Of a stretch of DNA of 64,000 bases, positions 17,945 to 29,092 are shown one piece after another (the stretch's first letter is position 1; every line of letters starts with the position of its first letter). The stretch covers positions 7,470 to 71,469 of the forward strand of contig JAJDVG010000037.1 in NCBI GenBank assembly GCA_022826245.1, in the 5' to 3' direction. The stretch is from Gammaproteobacteria bacterium. GTDB taxonomy: Bacteria > Pseudomonadota > Gammaproteobacteria > Steroidobacterales > Rariloculaceae. The position numbers were made by a program, and so were the translations under genes. The notes beneath the pieces were generated by a model, which did not search any database, was not told the DNA's origin, and saw only the letters and a list, made by a program, of their open reading frames with translations.

Positions 17945-18169
17945 TCATTGAGAGTCGTCGTCGGCAACCAGTTCGTAGCTCGCGCTGCAGTAGGGACACT
18001 TGGCTTCGCCGCTGGCCTCGATGGGCAGGTAGACCTTCGGGTGCGAGTTCCACAGGTACATTTCCGGAGTCGGGCAGTGCAAGGGCAGATCGGCGCGCGT
18101 CACGCGATAGACACGCTCGGCGTTCGGCGAGTCGAGGTTTTCCCGCACTGTTCCCGAGCGTTCGCGCAC
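17945..18169 (-). CDS. Small zinc-finger (CHCC / NDUFS6-like) protein
   Basis: 74 aa containing HCP...CPYC. GTG start. A perfect TATAAT on the minus strand at 18208-18213. Confidence 0.55.
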   Translation of the reverse strand: MRERSGTVRENLDSPNAERVYRVTRADLPLHCPTPEMYLWNSHPKVYLPIEASGEAKCPYCSASYELVADDDSQ

Positions 18170-18231
18170 AGCCTTTGGTCTCCGTTCAGCCGGACTGGCC
18201 GGCGCCCATTATAGAGACAGCCGCAAGCCAT

Positions 18232-18320
18232 TGGCCGTCTTCGGTCAGCGTTTCGTCCATCGGCTGTCCTCGGCGAGGCGTTTCGCCGATCGGCCGTCTT
18301 CGGCCAGGCGTTTCGCCTCA
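18232..18320. repeat. Three tandem copies of a 30-bp unit (29+30+30 nt)
   Basis: Units tggccgtcttcggtcagcgtttcgtccat / cggctgtcctcggcgaggcgtttcgccgat / cggccgtcttcggccaggcgtttcgcctca. Units 2 and 3 carry the mini-palindrome GGCGTTTCGCC. The array abuts the glnE stop at 18321-18323. Confidence 0.85.
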
Positions 18321-21152
18321 TCAGCCTGCGAAAACTTCCTCCCAGATCGACACGATCCAGTCGCGCAACTCGCGAAACTCTGTGTCGGGTACGACCCGTC
18401 CCGCGTCATCGAGCGCGAGTTCGTGCGTGCGCTGCCTGAGCTCGAGATAGCCCGCCGTGAGCGCGCGGCAACGCGCGGCGTCTACGAGCCCGCTCTGTTC
18501 GAGCGCTTCGAGTTGGCGCACGTTGTCCGGATACTTCACGAGTTCCGGATACTCGCGCGAGTGCGACAGGACCCAGTAGTCGACGAGAAACTCGATGTCC
18601 GCGAGTCCGCCCGCATCCTGCTTGATATCGAACGTGCCGGCGCCGCTTCGCGAAAGCTCCTTGCGCATGCGCTTGCGCATCGCCTGGACCTCCTCCTTCA
18701 GACGCCGGCGATCCACGTGGTCGACAAGCACATCGAGGCGCTCACGCTCGAACGCTTCGCCCACCTCGGGAGTGCCCGCGACCGCGCGGCTACGCAAGAG
18801 TGCCTGGTGCTCCCAGGTCCAGGCATCCTTTCTCTGGTAGCGGCGGAAACTGTCGAGACTCGTCACGAGCAGCCCCGCGCCGCCGTCGGGCCTCAGGCGC
18901 ATATCGATCTCATACAGGCGCCCCGTACCTGTCTGCACCGACAGAACATGCACGAGGCGTTGCACGAGCCTCGCAAAAAACCTTGCATTGTCGAGCGGCC
19001 TGGGCCCGTTCGTTTCCTGGTTCGGCCCGCTGCAATCGTGAATGAACACCAGGTCGAGGTCCGAGCCGTAGCCCAGTTCCAGACCGCCGAGCTTGCCGTA
19101 ACCGACGATGCTCAAGCCCGAGGCGCGCGGCGGTGCACCGTGCATGGGCACGCCGTGCCGCGCCACGAGTTCGCGCCAGGCGGTATCGAGCGCGAAGTCG
19201 AGCAGGATTTCCGCCGTATCGGTCAGCCGGTCGCTGACCTTCATCAGCGGCAGGTGCCCGAAGCGGTCGGCGACCGCGATCCTGAACATCGCAGCACGCT
19301 GGAACTGGCGCATGGCTTCAAGCGCGGCTTCGATATCCTCGGTATCGAGCCTGCGGACCTGCTCGGCCATGAGCCCGTTCAGCTCCTGGCGCGTCGGCGG
19401 CGACTCGAACAGTCGCGCATCGAGCAACTCGTCCAGCAGCAAGGGGTATTCGGAGATCTGCCGGCTCAGCAGCGCGCTCGAACTTGCGAGATTCAGCAGT
19501 TGCTCCAGCGCAGCGGGATTCTCGTTGAGCAGCGCCAGATAGGCGCTGCGCCGGCAGACCGAGCGCAGGACCGGCAACAGCCTGGCAAGCGTTCTCGCAG
19601 GATGGGGATCCGCATCGAGCATCGGCACGAGGTCCGCAACGACATCGGCCAGGCGCTGCCTGCCGGGCTCGTCCATGCGCAGATACAGCCCGCTCGTTCG
19701 GAAATCGTGGAGCAGTCCGAGCACATCCGGATCGGCGCCGAGGGGCGTGTGTTCCAGCGAATCCGCGAGCGTGCCCGCTTCCCACGCGGCCTTGATGGCC
19801 GCCGAACCGGCACCTTCCGCAACCTCGCTGTCCGTGGTCCAGGTCAGGCGATCGAATTCCGCCTGAACATGCCCGCGGTGCCGTGCGACACGTTCTTCCA
19901 GGGCGGGCCAGTCAGGCTCGCCGAGGGCATACGCCAGGCGCTCGCGCAGCTCCGGCTGGGACGGCAACTCCTGGGTCTGACGGTCATCCATCGCCTGCAG
20001 CCGGTTCTCGACCGTGCGCAGGAACCGGTAATCCTCGCCGAGCGATCGCGTGACCGCCTCGTCGTAGCCGGCGTGGCTGGCAAGCAGCGGCAGGACGGTG
20101 AGCAAGGACCGCGCTCGGAGCAGGGGTTCCTGACCGCCTCTGAGGATCTGCATGGTCTGGGCGATGAATTCGATCTCCCGAATACCGCCCGGGCCGAGCT
20201 TGATGTTGTGCGCGATATCCTTGCGCTCGACGCGCGCACGAAATGCGCTCTTCATCTCCCTGAGCGCCTCGAGCACGCCGAAATCCATATAGCGCCGGTA
20301 CACGAACGGCGACAGCACCTGGTCGAACAACTCCGATCCGCCGTCACCGCCCGTAATCAGCCGCGCCTTGACGTAGGCGTAACGTTCCCAGTCCCGGCCG
20401 TGCCGCGCGAGATAGGACTCCAGCGCCGGCACGCTGACGGCGAGCGGGCCGCTCGACCCGAAGGGCCGAAGCCGCGTGTCCACCCGAAACACGAAGCCGT
20501 CCGCGGTGACCTGGTCGAGCAGCCGGATCAGGCACTGGACGATCCGCCGAAAGTAGTCCTCGACTTCGACAGCCCTGGACCCGGTGAGCGTGAGCCCGTC
20601 CGGATACACGAATACGAGGTCGATGTCGGAGGAAAAATTGAGTTCCCGTCCGCCGAGCTTGCCCATGCCGAGCACGAGCAGTTCGCCCGGCTTCCCGTCG
20701 CCGTCCACGGGCCTGCCGTAGCGCGGTTCGAGAGCCTTTACCGCATAGCGCACGGCCGCGTCGATCATCGCATCGGCGAGCGTCGACAGATCCCGGACAC
20801 AGTCCTCGAAGCTCTCCCAGCCGACGAGGTCCCGCCAGGCGAGCCGCGCGAGCTCGACGTTGCGGCGGCGCCTGAGCACGGCCATCGCCTCGGGCTCGGG
20901 CAGACCTTCGATGTCGATGGTGGCGAGCACGGCATCGCGCTCAAGAGCTGCGTCGTCTTCGAGTCTCTCAAGCAGTTCCGCGCAGTGCCTGACGAGAACT
21001 CCCAGCACGAAATCGCTGATGACGGCGACGCGCGCGGCGGTCGCGGCGACCCTGGCGTCCGGCGTGACATCGAGTCCCGCGAGGCGTTCGTCGACAAAGC
21101 GATATCGGTTCTCAAGAGCGGGAGGCAAACGCGGGGGCGGCGGCAACTTCAC
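18321..21152 (-). CDS. glnE: Bifunctional glutamine synthetase adenylyltransferase / adenylyl-removing enzyme
   Basis: 943 aa with two nucleotidyltransferase domains (GMGKLGGRELNFSSDIDLVFVY and GYGKLGGLELGYGSDLDLVFIH). Confidence 0.95.
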   Translation of the reverse strand: MKLPPPPRLPPALENRYRFVDERLAGLDVTPDARVAATAARVAVISDFVLGVLVRHCAELLERLEDDAALERDAVLATIDIEGLPEPEAMAVLRRRRNVELARLAWRDLVGWESFEDCVRDLSTLADAMIDAAVRYAVKALEPRYGRPVDGDGKPGELLVLGMGKLGGRELNFSSDIDLVFVYPDGLTLTGSRAVEVEDYFRRIVQCLIRLLDQVTADGFVFRVDTRLRPFGSSGPLAVSVPALESYLARHGRDWERYAYVKARLITGGDGGSELFDQVLSPFVYRRYMDFGVLEALREMKSAFRARVERKDIAHNIKLGPGGIREIEFIAQTMQILRGGQEPLLRARSLLTVLPLLASHAGYDEAVTRSLGEDYRFLRTVENRLQAMDDRQTQELPSQPELRERLAYALGEPDWPALEERVARHRGHVQAEFDRLTWTTDSEVAEGAGSAAIKAAWEAGTLADSLEHTPLGADPDVLGLLHDFRTSGLYLRMDEPGRQRLADVVADLVPMLDADPHPARTLARLLPVLRSVCRRSAYLALLNENPAALEQLLNLASSSALLSRQISEYPLLLDELLDARLFESPPTRQELNGLMAEQVRRLDTEDIEAALEAMRQFQRAAMFRIAVADRFGHLPLMKVSDRLTDTAEILLDFALDTAWRELVARHGVPMHGAPPRASGLSIVGYGKLGGLELGYGSDLDLVFIHDCSGPNQETNGPRPLDNARFFARLVQRLVHVLSVQTGTGRLYEIDMRLRPDGGAGLLVTSLDSFRRYQRKDAWTWEHQALLRSRAVAGTPEVGEAFERERLDVLVDHVDRRRLKEEVQAMRKRMRKELSRSGAGTFDIKQDAGGLADIEFLVDYWVLSHSREYPELVKYPDNVRQLEALEQSGLVDAARCRALTAGYLELRQRTHELALDDAGRVVPDTEFRELRDWIVSIWEEVFAG

Positions 21153-21220
21153 GGCGGGAACGGGTCCAATTCAAGCGCAGGAACGGGTCGTAACGATAAA
21201 CGCGGGTGCGCGGCCGAAGC

Positions 21221-21250
21221 AAAAAAAGGCCCCGCACGGGGCGGGGCCTT
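21221..21250 (-). terminator. Rho-independent terminator of groEL
   Basis: Minus strand AAGGCCCCGC-cccgt-GCGGGGCCTT (10-bp stem) followed by T7; 26 nt after the groEL stop. Confidence 0.85.
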
Positions 21251-21275
21251 GTGAGGTCGCGCGACGCGGGCGAAC

Positions 21276-22940
<1,665 letters not shown>

Positions 22941-22961
22941 TCAAACGGTGCGCGCGACGTG

Positions 22962-23252
22962 TCAGCCTTCGATCACGGCCATGATGTCGTCTTCGCGCAT
23001 GACCACCAGGTCCTCGCCCTCGACCTTGACTTCGGTCCCGGAGTATTTGCCGAACAGCACCTGGTCGCCGACCTTGAGGTCGAGCGCGCGGACCTCGCCG
23101 CTGTCGAGGATCTTGCCGTTGCCGACGGCGACCACTTCGCCGCGAATCGGTTTTTCGGCCGCCGTGTCGGGAATCACGATGCCGCCGGGGGACGTTCGCT
23201 CTTCCTCGGTGCGCCGGATTACGACGCGATCATGCAAAGGACGAATGTTCAT
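22962..23252 (-). CDS. groES: Co-chaperonin GroES
   Basis: [14 protein letters not shown]...[15 protein letters not shown]. Confidence 0.98.
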   Translation of the reverse strand: MNIRPLHDRVVIRRTEEERTSPGGIVIPDTAAEKPIRGEVVAVGNGKILDSGEVRALDLKVGDQVLFGKYSGTEVKVEGEDLVVMREDDIMAVIEG

Positions 23253-23316
23253 GGATGGGGCTCCCTTTCCAAACCTTTGATTTGACTAATACAATCGCTT
23301 CACGGTCGAAAAATTG

Positions 23317-23343
23317 TCAGCACTCGACCGGAGCGAGTGCTAA
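23317..23343 (-). promoter_or_regulatory. CIRCE element (HrcA operator)
   Basis: Minus strand TTAGCACTC-gctccggtc-GAGTGCTGA versus consensus TTAGCACTC-N9-GAGTGCTAA (one mismatch); 64 nt upstream of the groES ATG. Confidence 0.85.
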
Positions 23344-23373
23344 TGATAGGGCCGGCGTCGAGGATTTCAAGGG
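23343..23373 (-). promoter_or_regulatory. groESL promoter, sigma32-like (also readable as sigma70)
   Basis: Minus strand CCCTTGAA, 14 nt, CCCTATCAT (sigma32 consensus CCCTTGAA-N13-17-CCCCATNT). Alternatively TTGAAA, 16 nt, TATCAT. The -10 abuts the CIRCE element. Confidence 0.5.
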
Positions 23374-23486
23374 CCGGCAGCGTTTTGGCACAAGCCCGCG
23401 GCGCGCGGATATCGCGCCCGGCCATGACATGGGCGGCCCGCGGGCGGTATCCTATCGGTTTGGATCGGCCGAGGAGTGCGGGCAGC

Positions 23487-23810
23487 GTGAATCCTGAGCC
23501 GTTACTGGTGCTGACGACCTGCGAAAGCGAAGGCGATGCGCAGGAACTCGCCGACGCGCTCGTCGCGGCCCGGCTCGCGGCCTGTGTGAACACCGTGGAC
23601 AACGTTTCGTCCACTTACCGCTGGGCCGGCAAGGTCGAACGCGGCAGGGAGTTCCTGCTGCTGATCAAGACGACGGACGATCGACTCGACGCGATAGAGG
23701 AGCGGATCAGGACCCTCTCGGCTTATGAACTGCCCGAGGTCCTGGCGGTCAGAATCCAGACGGGGTCCAGCGACTACCTGGAGTGGCTCAACGCGTCCGT
23801 TCGGGAGTGA
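23487..23810 (+). CDS. cutA: Divalent-cation tolerance protein CutA
   Basis: LLVLTTCESEGDAQELADALVAARLAACVN...YRWAGKVE...LLIKT...YELPEV. GTG start with GAGGAG 10 nt upstream. Confidence 0.85.
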   Translation: MNPEPLLVLTTCESEGDAQELADALVAARLAACVNTVDNVSSTYRWAGKVERGREFLLLIKTTDDRLDAIEERIRTLSAYELPEVLAVRIQTGSSDYLEWLNASVRE

Positions 23811-23820
23811 GGAAATAGCA

Positions 23821-26040
23821 ATGCATCCGCGGTCATCGCCATTTGCGCTGCTTGTCGCCGTAATCGCCGGCGCATTTCCGCTTGCCCTGGCTGCCCAGGA
23901 TCAGGAGGTCCTGCATCCGCGCGACGCGTTCCCCTACACGGCCGAAGCCACCGCGGACCGCGTGCTGCTCAGCTTCGACGTTCCCGACGGCTATTACCTG
24001 TATCGCGAACGGTTCGGCTTCGAGAGCGCCACGAGCGTCGTGACGCTCGGCCCGGCCGAATTCCCGCCGGGCAAGATCTACGAGGACGAGTTCTTCGGCG
24101 TACAGGAAATCTACCGCGGCGAGTTCGAGGTCGCCGTGCCGTACTCGCGAAGCGGCGCCGTGCGGCAGATGGAACTCGAACTCAGGCTGCAGGGTTGCGC
24201 CGACATTGGGCTCTGCTATCCGCCGCAGCGCTGGACCAGCCTCGTGGAGCTCCCGCCGGGCGGACCCGCGGGCGGCGGAGTTTCAAGCCTGCTCCTCGGC
24301 GGGGCCGAAGACAACCTGCTGCCGGTCGACGAAGCCTTCGTCATGAACGCGCGCTTCGACGGCGCCAACGAACTCGTCGTGGCCTGGCAGATCGCGCCGG
24401 GCTATTACCTTTACAGCGACAAGCTCGGTTTCGAGGTCGACGGCGGGCTCGGACTGGGCGCGGCGCGCCTTCCCGAGGGCGAGCCTCACTACGACGAGAA
24501 CTTCGGCGACGTCGAAGTGTTCTACGACTACGTCGAGGCGACGATCCCGTTCTCGCGCTCGAGCCCCGAGGAGATGCCGGTCACGGTCCGCGGGCAGTTT
24601 CAGGGTTGCCGGGAAAACAGCATCTGCTATCCGCCCGGCGAACAGATCATGGCGCTCGTGTTGCCCCCGGCAAGCGAGTTCGCGCCGGCTGCCGGCGGCG
24701 GCGGCGGCGGCGGCGGCGAGATCATGGTCTCGGAACAGGATCGTCTGGCCGCCCTCGTGCTCAGCGATTCCTGGCTCATCGTGCTCGGCACCTTCTACGG
24801 CCTTGGCCTGCTGCTGGCTTTCACGCCGTGCGTGCTGCCCATGGTGCCGATCCTGTCGGGAATCATCGCCGGGCAGGAAAAGGTCACTGCCGGCCGCGGT
24901 TTCGCGCTCTCGTTCAGCTACGTGATGGGCATGGCGGTCACCTACACCGCCGCCGGCGCGCTCGCCGCACTCGCCGGCGAGCAGATCCAGGCGATTTTCC
25001 AGAAACCGTGGATCATCTCGCTGTTCGCCGGGCTCTTCGTCGTTTTGGCGCTCGGCATGTTCGGCCTGTATGAGCTGCAGGTCCCGGCCGCGATCCAGAC
25101 GCGCTTGAACAGGCTCGCGAGTCGCCAGAAGGCCGGCACCTTCGCCGGCACGGCAGTCATGGGAGCGCTGTCGGCGCTCATCGTCACGACCTGTGTCGCG
25201 CCGCCGCTCGTCGCGACGCTGGCGGTCATCGGCCAGAGCGGCGACGTCGTGCGCGGCGGCGCTGCGCTCTTCGCGCTCAGCCTCGGCATGGGCTCGCCGC
25301 TGCTGCTGGTCGGCGCATCCGCCGGCAAGCTGTTGCCGCACGCGGGCCCGTGGATGAACGTCGTCAAGTCCGCCTTCGGCGTCATGATGATCGGCCTTGC
25401 GATCTGGATGATGGAGCGAATCCTGCCGGGCAGCCTGACGCTGACGTTGTGGGCCCTGCTCGTATTCCTGACGGGCGTGTTCCTCGGCGCGTTCGAGCCG
25501 TTGCCGCAGGAACCCGCGGCGACGAGGCGTCTGGCCAAGGGGCTCGGCGTGCTCGCCTGTCTGTACGGCGCGCTCATGCTCATCGGCGCGACGCTCGGCG
25601 GCGAGAATCCGCTGCGGCCGCTGCCGCGCGGCGCCTTGCTGGCCATGAACGGACTCTCTGCCCCGACGGAGCAACTCGACTTCGAGGATGTCGAGACGGT
25701 CGCGCAGCTCGATGGCCTGCTCGCCGATGCCCGCGCCGCCGGCCGGCCCGTCATGGTCGATTTCACGGCCGAGTGGTGCGTCTCGTGCAAGGAGATGGAG
25801 GAGTACACCTTCCCGGATGCGAGCGTCGTCGCGGCGCTCGAGCCGTTCACGCTGCTGCGCGCGGATGTCACGGCGAACGACGATGACGATCAGGCACTGC
25901 TCGACCGCTTCAACAGTTTCGGGCCGCCGACCATCGCTTTCTTCGACCGGCAGGGGCTCGAGCGGGACCCGTACAAACTCGTCGGCTACGTGCCGGCCGA
26001 AGAGTTCTCGGCTCACGTCCAGCAACTCGCGGCGCTGTAG
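23821..26040 (+). CDS. dsbD: Thiol:disulfide interchange protein DsbD with two tandem N-terminal alpha domains
   Basis: Signal peptide, two nDsbD-like repeats (QGCADIGLCYPP and QGCRENSICYPP), a TM core with CVLPMVP, and a C-terminal thioredoxin domain (EWCVSCKEME). Confidence 0.9.
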   Translation: MHPRSSPFALLVAVIAGAFPLALAAQDQEVLHPRDAFPYTAEATADRVLLSFDVPDGYYLYRERFGFESATSVVTLGPAEFPPGKIYEDEFFGVQEIYRGEFEVAVPYSRSGAVRQMELELRLQGCADIGLCYPPQRWTSLVELPPGGPAGGGVSSLLLGGAEDNLLPVDEAFVMNARFDGANELVVAWQIAPGYYLYSDKLGFEVDGGLGLGAARLPEGEPHYDENFGDVEVFYDYVEATIPFSRSSPEEMPVTVRGQFQGCRENSICYPPGEQIMALVLPPASEFAPAAGGGGGGGGEIMVSEQDRLAALVLSDSWLIVLGTFYGLGLLLAFTPCVLPMVPILSGIIAGQEKVTAGRGFALSFSYVMGMAVTYTAAGALAALAGEQIQAIFQKPWIISLFAGLFVVLALGMFGLYELQVPAAIQTRLNRLASRQKAGTFAGTAVMGALSALIVTTCVAPPLVATLAVIGQSGDVVRGGAALFALSLGMGSPLLLVGASAGKLLPHAGPWMNVVKSAFGVMMIGLAIWMMERILPGSLTLTLWALLVFLTGVFLGAFEPLPQEPAATRRLAKGLGVLACLYGALMLIGATLGGENPLRPLPRGALLAMNGLSAPTEQLDFEDVETVAQLDGLLADARAAGRPVMVDFTAEWCVSCKEMEEYTFPDASVVAALEPFTLLRADVTANDDDDQALLDRFNSFGPPTIAFFDRQGLERDPYKLVGYVPAEEFSAHVQQLAAL
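24694..24717 (+). repeat. (GGC)8 trinucleotide run encoding Gly8 in the DsbD linker
   Basis: Direct reading of the sequence. Confidence 0.9.
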
Positions 26041-26068
26041 CGCGGCGCTTTGACGTAACGTTCCCGCG

Positions 26069-26680
26069 ATGGCCAGGCTTTCAGGACCGACCGGATTGAC
26101 GCTCGCGCTGAGCGTTGCGGCGTTGCTCGCCTATGCCGGTCTCAGGCTTTTCGCGACCGGATCCATGGAGCAGGCGCCCGCACAAACCGCGGCGGCCGGG
26201 GAAACACTCGCGGACCGCTTGCCCGAGTTTGCGCTTCCAGACCTGCACGGCGACAGGCGCTCGATCCGGAGCTGGCCCGGCAAACCGCTGCTCGTCAACT
26301 TCTGGGCGACCTGGTGCGCGCCATGCCGCAGGGAAATTCCGATGCTGAAGGAATTTCAGACCGGCAATGCGTCGCTTCAGGTGGTGGGTATCGCCATCGA
26401 TCGCCTGGAGCCCGTGCACGCGTTTGCCGACGAGATGCAATTCAACTATCCGGTGCTGATTGGCGAGGCCGAAGCGATGGCCGCCGCTTCGGCTTTCGGC
26501 GTGCAATTCCTCGCACTGCCGTTCACGGTTTTCACGGGCGCCGACGGCGCCGTGCTCGGCGTGCACACGGGCGAGGTTCACGCGGAGCATCTCGAGCGCT
26601 TCGTTGCCGTGCTGGACGAACTCGCGGCCGGCAGCATCGACAACGCCGCAGCGCGGACACGGCTCGCAGACGCGATCTAG
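26069..26680 (+). CDS. TlpA/ResA-family thiol-disulfide oxidoreductase
   Basis: N-terminal membrane anchor plus the FWATWCAPCRRE active site; lies immediately after dsbD. Confidence 0.8.
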   Translation: MARLSGPTGLTLALSVAALLAYAGLRLFATGSMEQAPAQTAAAGETLADRLPEFALPDLHGDRRSIRSWPGKPLLVNFWATWCAPCRREIPMLKEFQTGNASLQVVGIAIDRLEPVHAFADEMQFNYPVLIGEAEAMAAASAFGVQFLALPFTVFTGADGAVLGVHTGEVHAEHLERFVAVLDELAAGSIDNAAARTRLADAI

Positions 26681-26835
26681 CAGCCTGGCATGAGGCTCCG
26701 TGCCGCGTGCCGCCGGCGCGCCGGGACTCGAGCGCTTGCGCGTCCGCCATCCCTCAAGTATCCAAAATTCATGAACATGCTGCCTCGTGCAGCGAAATAC
26801 AGTAATCTTGCTACCAAATTCGGAAAACTTGCGCG

Positions 26836-27282
26836 ATGGCCAATCTCCTTCTACTCAACGGCCCGAACCTCGGCCTGCTCGGAAGGCGTGAACCGGAGGT
26901 CTACGGCACCACGACGCTTGCCGACATTGAAGCGCGGCTTCGGGAGCAGGCGGCGGAACTCGGTCACACGCTCGAAGCGTTTCAGAGCAACGCCGAGCAT
27001 GAGCTGATCGAACGCGTCCATGCCGCCCGCGGATCGGTCGATTACATACTCTTCAACCCGGCCGCATTCACGCATACGAGCGTGGCGCTGCGCGATGCGC
27101 TGCTGGCCGTCGAGATACCGTTCGTGGAAGTCCACCTGTCCAACGTCGCATCGCGTGAGGACTTTCGTCAGCGGTCGTTCTTCGCCGACATCGCCGTCGG
27201 CACGGTCTCCGGATTCGGCGTTGCGAGCTACGAACTCGCGCTGACGGCGGCCCACCGTTACCTGACCGGCGAGGCGCAATAG
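26836..27282 (+). CDS. aroQ: Type II 3-dehydroquinate dehydratase
   Basis: [35 protein letters not shown] and VEVHLSN. Confidence 0.95.
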   Translation: MANLLLLNGPNLGLLGRREPEVYGTTTLADIEARLREQAAELGHTLEAFQSNAEHELIERVHAARGSVDYILFNPAAFTHTSVALRDALLAVEIPFVEVHLSNVASREDFRQRSFFADIAVGTVSGFGVASYELALTAAHRYLTGEAQ

Positions 27283-27284
27283 CC

Positions 27285-27737
27285 ATGGACATTCGCAAGC
27301 TCAGAAAACTCATCGAACTCGTCGAGGCTTCGGGAATTGCCGAACTCGAGATTACCGAAGGCGAGGAGTCCGTCCGGATCAGCCGCCAGGCGTCCGTATC
27401 GGCTGCCGACGTCGAACCGGAACCGTCGGCGACGTCTGCCGAGTCCGAGCACAAAGCACCGCCAGAGGCTGCGCCAGAGCAACCGGAACCGCCGCCCCCC
27501 GGTCACGAAGTCACAGCGCCGATGGTCGGGATCTTCTACGCCGCACCGAGTCCGGGCGCCAAGCCGTTCGTGGAGATCGGCAGCACGGTCGCTCCGGGCG
27601 ACACGCTGTGCATCATCGAAGCGATGAAGATGATGAACCAGATCGAGTCCGACGCGGCCGGACGTGTCGTGCGCATCCTCGTCGAGAACGGCAGCCCGGT
27701 CGAATACGGGCAGACCTTGTTCGTCATTGAGGAATAG
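27285..27737 (+). CDS. accB: Biotin carboxyl carrier protein of acetyl-CoA carboxylase
   Basis: Pro/Ala-rich linker and the EAMKMMN biotinylation motif. Confidence 0.95.
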   Translation: MDIRKLRKLIELVEASGIAELEITEGEESVRISRQASVSAADVEPEPSATSAESEHKAPPEAAPEQPEPPPPGHEVTAPMVGIFYAAPSPGAKPFVEIGSTVAPGDTLCIIEAMKMMNQIESDAAGRVVRILVENGSPVEYGQTLFVIEE

Positions 27738-27743
27738 GCACCC

Positions 27744-29087
27744 GTGCTCGACAAGGTGCTGATCGCCAACCGCGGCGAGATTGCGCTGCGTGTTCTGCGT
27801 GCCTGCCGCGAACTCGGCATCAAGACCGTGGCCGCCTACTCCTCGGCCGATGCCAACCTCAAGCACGTATTGCTTGCCGACGAGACCGTGTGCATCGGTC
27901 CGGCGCCGTCTCAGGACAGCTACCTGAACATGCCGTCGATCATCGCGGCGGCCGAAGTAACCGATGCCGTCGCCATTCATCCGGGCTACGGCTTTCTTGC
28001 CGAAAGCGCCGACTTCGCCGAGCAGGTCGAGGAGAGCGGTTTCGTGTTCATCGGCCCGAAACCGGAAACCATCAGGCTCATGGGCGACAAGGTCTCGGCG
28101 ATCGGCGCCATGCGCGAGGCCGGCGTGCCTTGCGTTCCCGGTACGGGCGCCCTGAAGCTCGAGGACGCCGACCGGAACATGCGCATCGCGCGCGAACTCG
28201 GCTATCCCGTCATCATCAAGGCGGCCGGAGGGGGCGGCGGCCGCGGCATGCGCGTCGTGCACAGCGAAGCGACGCTGCTCAACGCCATCACGATCACGCA
28301 GAGCGAAGCGCTTGCGACCTTCGGCAACGACCAGGTCTACATGGAGAAATACCTGGAGCGGCCGCGGCATATCGAGTTCCAGGTCCTCGCCGACGGGCAT
28401 GGCAACGCGATCCATCTCGGGGAGCGCGATTGCTCGATGCAGCGGCGCCATCAGAAAGTCGTCGAGGAAGCGCCCGCGCCCGGCATCACGGCAGAACTTC
28501 GAGCGGAGATGGGCATGCGCTGCGTGGATGCCTGCCGGAAGATCGGCTACCGCGGCGCCGGCACGTTCGAGTTTCTCTACGAGGACGGCGCCTTCTTTTT
28601 CATCGAGATGAACACGCGCGTTCAGGTGGAGCACCCGGTGACGGAGATGGTCACCGGCATCGATATCGTCAAGGCACAGCTCGCGATCGCGGCCGGCGAC
28701 GCGCTGCCGTACACCCAGGAGGACATCGGGATGCACGGCCACGCGATCGAGTGCCGCATCAATGCGGAGCATCCGTCGACGTTCATGCCGTCGCCGGGCA
28801 CGGTGTCGCTCTGGCATCCGCCGGGCGGTCCCGGCATCCGGGTCGACAGCCATGTGTACAGCGGCTACGCGGTGCCGCCGCATTACGACTCGCTGCTGGC
28901 CAAGATCATCGCCCAGGGCGAGGATCGCCCGACAGCGATCGCGAGGATGACATCGGCACTCGGCGAGATCGTCGTCGACGGCATCCAGACCAACGTGCCC
29001 CTGCATCAGGAGATCTTCCACCATTCGGCTTTCAGGGCGGGCGGCACGGACATCCACTACCTCGAGAAGCGGCTCGGCCTGAAGTAG
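27744..29087 (+). CDS. accC: Acetyl-CoA carboxylase biotin carboxylase subunit
   Basis: 447 aa, [23 protein letters not shown]..., ATP-grasp fold, GTG start. Confidence 0.97.
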   Translation: MLDKVLIANRGEIALRVLRACRELGIKTVAAYSSADANLKHVLLADETVCIGPAPSQDSYLNMPSIIAAAEVTDAVAIHPGYGFLAESADFAEQVEESGFVFIGPKPETIRLMGDKVSAIGAMREAGVPCVPGTGALKLEDADRNMRIARELGYPVIIKAAGGGGGRGMRVVHSEATLLNAITITQSEALATFGNDQVYMEKYLERPRHIEFQVLADGHGNAIHLGERDCSMQRRHQKVVEEAPAPGITAELRAEMGMRCVDACRKIGYRGAGTFEFLYEDGAFFFIEMNTRVQVEHPVTEMVTGIDIVKAQLAIAAGDALPYTQEDIGMHGHAIECRINAEHPSTFMPSPGTVSLWHPPGGPGIRVDSHVYSGYAVPPHYDSLLAKIIAQGEDRPTAIARMTSALGEIVVDGIQTNVPLHQEIFHHSAFRAGGTDIHYLEKRLGLK

Positions 29088-29092
29088 CGCGC

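Noticed and set aside
18231-21254. 1007-aa ORF on the plus strand
   Set aside because: It lies exactly antisense to glnE, whose product is unmistakable. It is Arg/Pro/Ala-rich with low complexity, typical of open antisense frames in high-GC DNA.
27258-29057. 599-aa minus-strand ORF across accB/accC, and the 696-aa plus-strand ORF 27890..29980
   Set aside because: The minus-strand ORF is antisense to accB-accC. The plus-strand ORF is an out-of-frame read through accC; only its last 296 codons (prmA, from the GTG at 29093) are real.
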